DNA of 63,331 nt, filler included, from Reclinomonas americana ATCC 50394 (Eukaryota), in the NCBI GenBank assembly GCA_048213135.1. It is 16 parts of 16 records of this genome, joined end to end, with 100 filler letters (N's around TTAATTAATTAA, not from the genome) between each part and the next. Parts side by side here need not be neighbours in the genome. Positions count along the whole stretch, not along the records: positions 36,094 to 38,817 come from AFZH01022496.1; positions 38,918 to 44,796 come from AFZH01022497.1; positions 44,897 to 48,727 come from AFZH01022499.1; 13 more parts are not named here. One strand, given 5' to 3'. Shown here one piece after another: positions 37,401-48,055 of this stretch; within the stretch, counting starts at the first letter, position 1; each line of letters begins with the position of its first letter. The notes under the pieces are model-generated. The model saw only the letters and a list, made by a program, of their open reading frames with translations, was not told the DNA's origin and searched no databases. The translations under genes and the position numbers were made by a program.

Positions 37401-38752
37401 GAGACTGAGAGAGAGACTGAGAGAGAGAGAGAGACTGAGAGAGACTGAGAGAGACAGAGAGAGACTGAGAGAGACAGAGAGACTGAGAGAGACTGAGAGA
37501 GACTGAGAGAGACTGAGAGAGACTGAGAGAGACAGAGAGAGACTGAGAGAGACAGAGAGAGACTGAGAGAGAGACTGAGAGAGACAGGAGAGAAGGAGAT
37601 GGGGAAAGTGTGACAGAGAGACAGAAGTAGGAACGACTAAGGGACGGGTGCGCATTGAGATACGACTTGTGATTGAGAAACGAGATGGCTGGAGAGGAAG
37701 CAGCACCACAGGAAAACTACTCCTCAGTGACGGAGTGAGAGTGGGGTGAGATACAGATGTGTGGGATAGACATAGATAGAGACTGAGAGAGACAGAGAGA
37801 GATAGAGACTGAGAGACTGAGAGAGAACTGAGAGAGAGACTGAGAGAGAGAGATTGAGAGAGAGACTGAGAGAGACACAGAGCGAAAGACAGCGAGAGAC
37901 TGAGAGAGACAGAGAGAGATAGAGACTGAGAGACAGAGAGAGACTGAGAGACACAGAGCGAAAGACAGCGAGAGACTGAGAGAGACAGAGAGATACTGCA
38001 GTATACTGAGAGAGACTGAGAGAGAAAAAACAAAGAGAGACAGAAAGACAGTGAGAGAGACTGAGAGAGAGACAAGAGAGAGACTGAGAGAGAGACTGAG
38101 AGACTGAGAGAGACACTGGGAGAGAGACTGAGTGAGACTGAGAGACTGAGAGAGAGAGACAATGAGAGAAAGAGAGAGAGAGGTGGGATAACAGACTGAG
38201 ATCGACAGAAAGAGGGAGAGAGAGCGACGACAAGAAGCCTCTGTTGGCACGTATGAGAGTGGTTTGAGGCAAACAGTGATTGGTGATTGCTATCGATATC
38301 GTCTGACAGCAAGCGGAAGTGAGACCACCGTACTTTAGAGTGATTGATGGAGGCAGAAGTGGAAACAACGGCATAGATGTGTGTCCGTGTGGCAATCCTC
38401 GTGTTGTGAGTGTTGGAATAACTGCATTCCAAACGGTATTGAGTCGACATTTGATGCGCGCAGGCTACTCGGAGTGGAACGCTGAGTGCATCGAGTGTCC
38501 CTCCGCCAATGCCGGTGCGACTGCGTTCATGTTTGCTCGTGCGCTCGGCATTGTGTTCGTGCAGGTTCGATGAATGTCCGTGTGCCCCCTGTAGTTGAAT
38601 TCTCGTGCCTCACATAGTGATTGCACGTGCTTGCAGCATCTGTTGTCACAGGGCGAGGTTGCCGGATCCACAAAGATGATCCTATTCGAGATGCAGACTA
38701 CGGCGCTGCTGTTCTATCCCAACATTGAGCTGCTGAGTCTGAGCAAGTTTCG
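28482..38752 (+). CDS. large PMP-like (GGA[I/L/V]/FxxN) right-handed beta-helix surface protein with Cys-rich juxtamembrane region and TM segments (multi-exon, 5' end in gap)
   Basis: Dozens of FxxN...GGA motifs in ORFs 28543-31287, 33728-35101 and 34863-35993; Cys-rich exon CSQCLPYALCPG..FW..YQCPYSFC (36495-36730); GYSEWNAECIEC followed by hydrophobic segments (38463-38752). Confidence 0.75.
37095..38210. repeat. intronic (GAGAGACT)n-type satellite with a duplicated ~150-bp unique segment
   Basis: GAGAGACT units; segment ggagaggaagcagcaccacaggaaaactactcc...gacggagtgagagtggggtga at ~37172 and ~37691. Confidence 0.85.
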
Positions 38753-38920
38753 TGCATGACTGGGGAAAGGGAGATGCATACGGAAAAAGCAAGATATGTT
38801 GTATGCTCTGCTGAATGNNNNNNNNNNNNNNNNNNNNNNNNNNNNNNNNNNNNNNNNNNNNTTAATTAATTAANNNNNNNNNNNNNNNNNNNNNNNNNNN
38901 NNNNNNNNNNNNNNNNNCCC

Positions 38921-39013
<93 letters not shown>
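38921..39013. repeat. (CA)n microsatellite
   Basis: Direct inspection. Confidence 0.95.
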
Positions 39014-39017
<4 letters not shown>

Positions 39018-39575
39018 AGAGAGACTGATAGAGAGTGTGTGAGAGAGAGAATGAGAGAGAATGGAAGAGATAGATAGAGAGAGAGAATGAATGAAACTGA
39101 GAGAGAGAGAGAGGGAGAGAGAGAGCTGAGAATATTGGATCACTTGACGATTGCCGTTGAATCATTGTTGTCGACTCATGAGTGCATGTTACATAGTCGT
39201 ATTTATTGTTCTTTTGCGTTATCTCTTCACACTGACGGGCATTTTGCCTACAGATTCGTCCGCATTTTGCAACTTTTTGGCCGCGGCAGTCGCGCCACCC
39301 TTCGCGGCGGTGGATGTGGTGCCTCGCGGCCGGATTCCATTGAGGAGGACCAGCAGGTGGATGACTCCAAGGGTACATCTATGCAGGACAATCACGTCTC
39401 AGCTGACGCATTCTCTGGCATCTTTCAAGATGCATTGCTGACTACTGACGGTGCGTGGGAGACGACTGGAAGCAGTACAATTCCTTCAGGCAAGGTGTGA
39501 GATTGATGGACTCTCGTACCGCTGTTCGTTTAAACTACCCGTTGCCACTCATTGTGTTTGTGTATGATATGGCAG

Positions 39576-42500
39576 TTTTCTGTATCCGCATGTGCGGCGC
39601 ATGATTCGTCGCTGTCTGTTGTGGTGGAGGACATGTCGGCCACGTCCACTCTCGTGGACTTGCTGCGCGAGGCCACTCGCTTGTTACGAGAGAAGAGTGG
39701 AGATAGGGAGATGGAGATTGTGGGAGTGGAGAAGCCGCTGCCTCTCAACATTGAGGAGGGTGGAGGAATTCCGCTGCGCATTCTAGGCATCAACTCGTCC
39801 ACGCATCTCGTCGTCCGCGTGACGCTTGGTGTGGCGCTGCAGTCGAGTGAAGGGAGTGGGAGTGGAAGGTGTGTGTCTGGGATGTGTTTGTGAATAATCT
39901 CTCTGTGCAATACATGCAGCTCACTCTCATGTCCCCGCACAGCAACTCGGAGCGAATGACTCGGTTTGTTTTGCTTGCCTTCGTCCTTTTCTCCCCTGGT
40001 TGTTCTTCCAGTCGGCGTGAGTATATGCTGACTTAGTTTGTGTTTGCACACAGCATGATCAACTTCAATCGCGTCAACATGGCCTTTGAGGTTGTGGAAG
40101 AGGCCGTGCGTCTGCGTTGTCAACGCGCTCTGGCGCAGTTCAGTCGCGATCATCCCGACTTTGATGTGCGGGCGTGGGTGCCGAGTTTCGTGCCTGCTGG
40201 CATGGATGCGGCGGCTGTGAAGGCGTGGCGTGAGCGACATGCTCCGCTCCACCCCTCTCGAGTCAGGTTGTTTGTGGAAAAGCAGCCAGTGGCATTAACC
40301 TGGCGTGCTGCCTTCGACGCCGACTCCTCGTCCGATCCTTCGTGTGACGGTTATGACACGACTGCACTCACTTCTATCTTGTTGTATGGTGGCTTTGTTG
40401 AGGATGACGGTCACAAGGTGCTGCTGATCTACAGTGTTGATGAACGCAAGGCGGTGGAGCTGGTACGAGAGGTGCGTAACGATTCGGCGCATGGTTCATC
40501 GGCATGGACCGAGGCTGCTGTGCAGCAGTATCTTGGTGATAGCGGTAGCGGTGTCTTCCTCTCCATCCTCTCACGACTGCAGTTGACGGCTGACGAGCGT
40601 GCTCGGTTCTCCGCCCGTGTCTGTGAGGCACGGCACGTCCAGCACTCCATCAGCACATTCGAGGAGCGCCTGCATCGACTGGCTGTGCGTGAGCTCTCGT
40701 TCTACCAACGCGACGAGAGTGTGCGCAAGGACATGCAGATGTATGTACCACTGCTGTGCTCACGTGATCGTGACGTCTCGGCAAGAGACAAGATGACGGA
40801 TCTGTTGACGGAAGTGGATGCTTTTCTCTCCGACACCAACACCACCCAGCGTGTGCTGGTGCTTTTCGGCAGCAGCGGAGCCGGCAAGACCACCACCATG
40901 ACGGTGTTGGCTAAGCGAGCATGGCGACAGTGGCAATTAAGGGAGAGCAGACGAGTGCCTGTGCGTGTGCCTCTTGGTGCACTGTGCAATGCCGATGAGC
41001 GATTGTTGGAGGAAGCATTGGAGCGACTGTCACCTGTGTTGGGATTGGAGTCAGATGTACGACGGTTGAAGGAGGAACCACTGTTGTTGTTGCTTGACGG
41101 GTACGACGAGTTGTACCGTGGTGTGAATCTGTTTGTCAAGAACCAGCTGGATGTGTGTCCCGATGTGAAGGTGATTATCACCTGCCGAGGCGATTACGCT
41201 CTGACAGCACTGGGTGGTGCGACACAGTATCGACGGTATTTTGCGCCAGTGGACGCACGAGGACAGTTGTGCATGCAGCAGCTGATGGAGCGGCACATTG
41301 CACCGTTCAGCAAGGAGCAAATTGAGGAGTACTTTGAGCGATTGGTGCAAGTGGGTGACGATGATGAAGAGGACGGTGAAGTGCGGTGGTCGACTGCCGA
41401 AGAGTACATTCGTGCACTGAGGAGTGTGCATGGACTGGATGCGCTCGTGTCGAATCCATTCATGCTGTCGGCGGTGGCTCGTGTGCTGCCGGAGTTGGTG
41501 GCGAGTGGAGTGCAGCGACCGTCTCGGTGTGATGTATTCGACCGATTTATTCGACGGTGGATTGTGAGGGAGCAGGAGAGGCAGACGCGTCTCGGTGCGG
41601 AGCGTGTGCCGAGTGAGGAGACATGTCTCGCGTTCTGTGAGGGACTGGCAAGGTTGGTGCATGAGAGAAATGTGGTGCGTGTGTCTGTGATGGAAAGTCG
41701 ATCAGGTGATGAGGAGGATGATTTTGGCGGTGCGCCTCTCGCCTTGCGACGTGTGGGTGAGGGACCTTTTGACAAGTTCCTGGGCGAGAAGAACCAGCAT
41801 GTGCGAGTGTGCTGTCCGATTGTGCGACGGTATGGGACGACGCAGTGGGGATTCGTGCATCTGTCGTTGCTGGAGCACTGTGTGGCACGACATGTGTTTG
41901 CGTGGGAGACGTGGGATGAGGAGAAGAGATTGACGATTGAAGATGTGCAGCAGCATGTGCTGGCAGTACGACTGCTGAATGATCGACCATCGTTGGTGGA
42001 GCAGATGGCCGAGGTGGTGCGACGGTCTCCTGCGTTGCAAGCGAGACTGTGGGAGGTGATTGAGCTGTCACGGGAGGTGGATGAGGAGCGAGTGGTGACG
42101 GCAGCAGCGAATGCAGCAACGGTGTTGTGTGTGGCACAAGTGTCGTTCAGTGGGCGAGATCTGTCGGGTGTGCGAGTGAGGGGTGCGGATTTGAGGGATG
42201 CGGTGATGCACATGACGGTGTGGAGGGGAGCGGATTTGCGAGGGGTGAATTTGTGCATGGCGTATGCGAGGGAGGCGGATTTCAGAGGGGCGGATGTGGA
42301 GGATGTGAAGTGGCCGAGGAAGCCGATGGTTGGGCACACGGACTGGGTGCGGGCCGTGGCAGTGACACCCGATGGCCAGCACATTGTAAGTGGCAGTAAT
42401 GATCGGACTTTGAGACTGTGGTCGGTGGCAAGTGGCGAAGAGGTGCGCCGATTGGAAGGCCACATGAGTGGGGTGTATGCAGTGGCAGTGACACCCGATG

Positions 42501-43747
42501 GCCAGCACATTGTCAGTGGCAGTGGAGACGAGACTGTACGGGTGTGGTCGGTGGCAAGTGTCGGCGAGGTACGCCGACTGGAAGGCCATGCAGGTTCGGT
42601 GACTGCGGTGGCAGTGACACCCGATGGCCAGCATATTGTGAGTGGCAGTTGGGACAGGATTGTACGGGTGTGGTCGGTGGCAAGTGGCGAGGAGGTGCGC
42701 CGACTGGAAGGCCACACGAGTGAGGTGCGTGCAGTGGCAGTGACACCCGATTGTCAGCACATTGTGAGTGGCAGTGAGGACAAGACTGTACGGGTGTGGT
42801 CTGTGGCAAGTGGCGAGGAGGTGCGCCGACTGGAAGGCCACACGAGTGCGGTGTGGGCAGTGGCGGTGACACCCGATGGCCAGCACATTGTGAGTGGCAG
42901 TGATGACAGTGCTGTACGGGTGTGGTCTGTGGCAAGTGGCGAGGAGGTGCGCAGACTGGATGGCCATTCTAGTGTGGTGTATGCAGTGGCAGTGACACCC
43001 AATTGTCAGCACATTGTAAGTGGCGGTGGCGACGGGACTGTGCGGGTGTGGTCGCTGGCAAGTGGCGAGGAGGTGCGCCGACTGGAAGGCCACACGGATT
43101 CGGTGTCTGCAGTGGCAGTGACACCCGATGGTCTTCACATTGTGAGTGGCAGTATAGACGAGACTGTACGGGTGTGGTCTGCGGAAAGTGGCGAGGAAGT
43201 GCGCCGACTAGGAGGCCACACGAGTGTGGTGTATGCAGTGGCAGTGACACCCGGTGGCCAGCACATTGTGAGTGGCAGTTATGACGAGACTGTACGGGTG
43301 TGGTCGGTGGCAACTGGCGAGGAGGTGTACCGACTGGAAGGCCATACGAATGCGGTGTCTGCAGTGGCAGTGACACTCGATGGCCAGCACATTGTGAGTT
43401 GCAGCCATGACGAGACTGTTCGGGTGTGGTCGCTGGCAAGTGGCGAGGAGGTACGACGACTTGAAGGTCACGCGAGTGTGGTGTATGCAGTGGCAGTGAC
43501 ACCCGATTGTCAGCACATTGTGAGCGGCAGTTGGGACAAGACTGTACGGATGTGGTCGGTAGCAAGAGGCGAGGAGGTGCGCCGACATAAGGGCCACACG
43601 AGTGGGGTGAATGCAGTGTCAGTGACACCCGATGACCAGCACACTGTTCCACGTGAGAAGGAGATGTTACGTGTGCGCCGTCGTGGAGGACTACTCGAGC
43701 GCATTCTCGGCTCCTTCCTGCCTGATTTCACCGATGCTATTCGGTAG
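39576..43747 (+). CDS. NLR-like STAND protein copy 2: Ubl - HEPN - NACHT - pentapeptide - 10 full plus 1 partial WD40 (exons 39576-39868, 39943-39963, 40054-43747; first exon uncertain)
   Basis: Close paralog of copy 1: GSSGAGKTT, LLLLDGYDEL, YDTTALTSILL...VREVRNDSAH, same pentapeptide block and C-terminal LLERIxGSFLPDFTDA. Confidence 0.88.
42326..43645 (+). repeat. tandem 126-bp WD40-coding repeats with high internal conservation
   Basis: Near-identical units gcagtggcagtgacacccgatggccagcacattgtgagtggcagt...gactgtacgggtgtggtcggtggcaagtggcgaggaggtgcgccgactggaaggccac at 126-bp spacing. Confidence 0.95.
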
Positions 43748-44730
43748 TGATAACATAACTGCGAGCGTGTATGAACCCTCGAATGTAAATCAGCTTGTTT
43801 GCGATGAGGTCGCATGTGGTGTAGACACGCGTGTAATCTTCGCCCTCAAGTTGCATGCCGTGTTGATTGACCATCACCAGGTAATTCACTCGTCACCCAC
43901 TTTGTCTGTTAGAAGAAACGTCAGCGACCTGACGATGCACTGCACAGCCAGTTTGCTATCTCCTCTGCCTGCATCTGTCGCCGATGAAGGTGGCCATTGA
44001 TCCAGCTCCCCCTTGACACCGCGGAGGTCGTTCTTGCCAAGCGTGCCGTCTTCATCACTACGCATTCATTCGACTGCGATGCGACATCCGCATATCATGT
44101 AAACATTTGATGGGAACGCGTTCTTCAGACAGCCGCGTCGTAATTTACTGGGAGGAGACGATACAAGAGTTGTCACTGGATCCTGACGAGTGCGCGTGCA
44201 GTGGCTGATAGGAATCGTGCGTTATGATTTCGCGGCGCGGATGTCGTTTGACTTGCTGTGCAAGCGACACGTGCGATACCGCGCCGTTGTTCTTTGCGTG
44301 AGATGAAACTGACAAGTGTGTATTCTGAGCCTTTGTCGTTGATGTATGATCACGAAAGCAAGGAATAGAAGTGGCATTGAATGTCTGCGTAGTTCAGCAA
44401 CTGCGCCACATGGGCATGTAATTTCTTTGATTGCATGCATCCTCCACAAATGAGACAGAGGAAGGAGACTCAAAACGCAGTAACACAACGAGTCACGGAC
44501 ACAAAATCACACTCACAACGTTCACAATTGCGCCAATGTCACGACGATGCATGTAAACGCGGGCTGCGACAGTTACGAGACATCGGTGCTCAACTGAATG
44601 GTGAGCATGTGACAACAGATGCAGGCGGCAGCTTCATGTTTTGGTGAAGTACACCAGCCACATCTGCCACATGCCAGAAAATGCCACAAGCGTGGTCATG
44701 CTCATGCTACATCCGTCGTTGCATGACGGG

Positions 44731-44770
<40 letters not shown>

Positions 44771-45739
44771 AGAGAGAGAGATATAGAGAGAGAGAGNNNN
44801 NNNNNNNNNNNNNNNNNNNNNNNNNNNNNNNNNNNNNNNNTTAATTAATTAANNNNNNNNNNNNNNNNNNNNNNNNNNNNNNNNNNNNNNNNNNNNAGAG
44901 ACGGAGATGCAAGACGAAGGGAGGGAGGGAGAAGGGGCGAGTACGAGAGAGAGAAGGAGAGAGAGAGAGGAGAGTGGAGAGGGACGATGAACAAATGATG
45001 TGTGTGTGGGTGGGGGACGAGAGTGTAGAATCAGGATGGAGAGTCACACACGGGAAATGAAGACAGGGAACACATGTGAAAACAATGCAAGACAACAGGC
45101 AAAGCGTGAGAGAGAGGCACACATGCGGAAAGAGCAGGATGAGAGGAGAATGTGAGAGAATGAGAATGGATGCGAGGAGGATAAGCAGCAAGCACGCACG
45201 AACCACGGGAGGTGAGGGAAGCGGAGGAAGAAGAAGAGGGCGATGCGAGTGATTCACACACACAGATGCGATTCGCACAAGGTACACAGACAAACACGCA
45301 CGCGAGATGATGAGCACTCTAACAAGGAAGAGGGAGAAGAGAGAGAATGTGAAACGGATGAGGGTGTTGATCAACAACATCACACATGCAGTGCACTCAC
45401 ACGAATCAATAACACGCATACATGCACGTTGAGGAGGGAGAAAAGAGAGAGGAGAGAGCAGAGAGCGCGAAATGTGACGCAGATGGGCTCGAAATTCAAT
45501 CACATCCAGAATGCGGCACAGACAGGCAGATCGACGAGAAGCACATACACATGCACGCGCGCAACAATGTTCACTCAGAGGAGGAAAAAGAAGAGGGGGT
45601 GAGAGAGAGAGAGGAGAGAGGAGCGAGAGAAGGAATCATTTCTGCGATCAATGCACACACTGCAAGAAGAATTCTCTCCCTCCTCTCTCTCGCTCACTCA
45701 CCCTCTCTCTCGCCCTCCTATCTCTCTCTCTCTCTCGCC

Positions 45740-45770
<31 letters not shown>

Positions 45771-46078
45771 GCACAAACACACACACACACCTTGAAATGC
45801 AACAACGAATCGAACATGAGTCCTTTTTCGTCTTCCGCGTCCCTCTCTCCCTCGCTCGCGCACTCTCTTCCTCACTCATCCATGACAAGTGACACAGCAG
45901 GCGACCATCACCCACGGGCGTGCTGAAGAAAGCAAGATACGTCGGACGTCCCGCATGACATTGACAATCTCCCACGCACAGCGCAAAACGCCACGAGAAC
46001 AAGCCGACTGTGTGTGTGAGACGGGCGAGCAACAAGGTGCATCCTGCTGCAGAGCGAGCCAAGAACTGCGACGAGAAG

Positions 46079-48055
46079 ATGTCGGTGAGTTGTATTGATT
46101 GCGTGGGGGACGCTTGCAGTTCGCTTGCTTCTCTCTGTCTTCTCTCTCTCATCGTTTGTCGCTCACTGCCTTGTGTGTGTGCACAGTTCTCTGTGCATGT
46201 GAATGCGGCGCATGATTCGTCGCTGGCGGTGTGTGGTGGAGGGCGTGTCGGCCATGTCCACTCTCGCGGACTTGCTGTGCCAGGCCACACGCTTGATGCG
46301 TGAGAAGAGTGGAGATGAGGGGGTGGAGATTGTGGGGGTAGAGAGGCCTGCTCCATATGATGTGGCAGTCGTGGGTGGTGTGCCGCCTGCTGGACTCGAC
46401 ATCAACTCATCCACTCATCTCGTCCTCCGTCTGACACCTGCCGTGGCGGGCGCTGCAGTCTAGTGGCGCGGGGGAGCAGGAATGAGGGCGGAAGGTGTGT
46501 GCTTGGGATGTGTTGGATCACCGTTTTGCGCCAGACTTGTTGCTCACTCTCGTGTCTTCGCACAGCAACTCGGAGCGAGTGACTCGGTTTGTTTGCTTGC
46601 CTTCATCATCCTCCACTCTCTCTTCCTTGTTCTTCCACTCGGACTGAGTCTGTGCTGATTGTGTTTGTGTGCACGCACAGCATGATCAACTCACAGCGCA
46701 TCAACATGGCCTTTGAGGTGGTGGAGGAGGCCGTGCGTTGCGCTGTCAACGCGCACTGGCCCAGTTCAGTCGTGATCATTCCGACTTTGATGTGCGGGCG
46801 TGGGTGCCGAGTTTCACACCCGTCAGCATGGATGTGGCGACAGTGAAGGCATGGCGTGCGCGACATGCTCCACTCCACCCCTCTCGGGTCAAGTTGTTTG
46901 AGGAGAAGCAGGTGGTGTTGTTGGCCTCGCGTGCCGCATTCGACGCCGACCCGTCGTCCGACCCTCCGTGTGACGGGTTGGACACGACTGCATTGGCATA
47001 TGTCATGCTGTATGGCGGTTTTGTTGAGGATGACGGTCGCAAGGTGCTGTTGATTGGCGATGCTGATGAGCGGAAGGAAGAGCTGAATGATGTGAGGAAG
47101 GCTGTCGCGCACTAGGACCTCGTGCTGTTGGCTGCTACTGTGCAGCAGTACCTTGGTGACGGTGGTGTCTTCCTCGCCATCCTCTCTCGACTGCGGTTGA
47201 CGGCTGACGAATTTGCTCGACTCACCGCTCATATCTGCGAGGCACGCCACGCCCGTCACATCGTGGACACATTTGAGGAGCGATTGCACCGACTGGCGGT
47301 GCGTGAGCTCTCTTTCTACCAACGCGACGAGAGTGTGCGCAAGGACATGCAGATGTCTGTGCCACTACTGTGCTCTCGTGAGCGCGAGTCCACGGAGTTG
47401 ATGGACCTGCTGACGGAGGTGGATGCATTCCTCTCCGACGCCAACACCACCCATCGCGTGCTGGTGCTCTTTGGCAACAGTGGCGCCGGCAAGACCACCA
47501 CCATGTCGGTGCTGGCAGAGAGAGCATGGCGACAGTGGCAGACGAGAGAGAGCAGACGAGTGCCTGTGCGTGTGCCTCTTGGTGCACTGCGCAATGCCGA
47601 TGAGCAGCTGTTGGAGGAGGCACTGGAGCGATTGTCACCCGAGTTGGGATTCAGTGAGTCAGATATGCGACGGTTGAAGGAGGAGCCACTGCTGTTGTTG
47701 CTTGACGGGTATGATGAGTTGTATCGTGGTGTGAATTTGTTTGTCAAGGACCAGCTGGACGTGTGTCGCGATGTGAAGGTGATGATCACTTGTCGAGGCG
47801 ATTACGCGCTGACTGTACTGGGTGGAGCGGCGCAGTATCGACGGTATTTTGCACCGGTGGATGCACGAGGACAGTTGCGCATGCAACAGCTGATGGAGCG
47901 ACACATTGCGCCGTTCAACAAGGAGCAGATTGACGAGTACTTAGGGCGACTGGTGCAAGTTGGTGGTGACGATGGTGATGACGGTGGTCGACTGCCTGTG
48001 CATGGACTGGATGCATTTGTGTCGAATTCCTTCATGCTGGCACCGGTGTCTCGTG
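46079..48055 (+). pseudogene. NLR-like STAND copy 3, pseudogene truncated within the NACHT region
   Basis: Homologous Ubl exon (from 46187) with frameshift and stop at 46461-46463; same 21-nt microexon (46566-46586); frameshift near 46739; HEPN motif degraded to RKAVAH followed by stop (47113-47115); homology ends after SNSFML with no WD40 part. Confidence 0.85.

Noticed and set aside
37095..38450. Long Ser/Leu-, His/Thr- or Glu/Arg-rich ORFs here and at 2864-3853, 6466-7302 and 13307-14307
   Set aside because: Translations of microsatellites and minisatellites
41194..43138. Long antisense ORFs over NLR copy 2 (and over the PMP-like and ankyrin genes)
   Set aside because: Shadow frames of GC-rich repetitive coding sequence; no independent motifs
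42326..43645. Diversity-generating retroelement or CRISPR-like explanation for the repeat array
   Set aside because: No reverse transcriptase, template repeat or cas gene; differences are not adenine-specific, and the units are in-frame WD40 coding repeats
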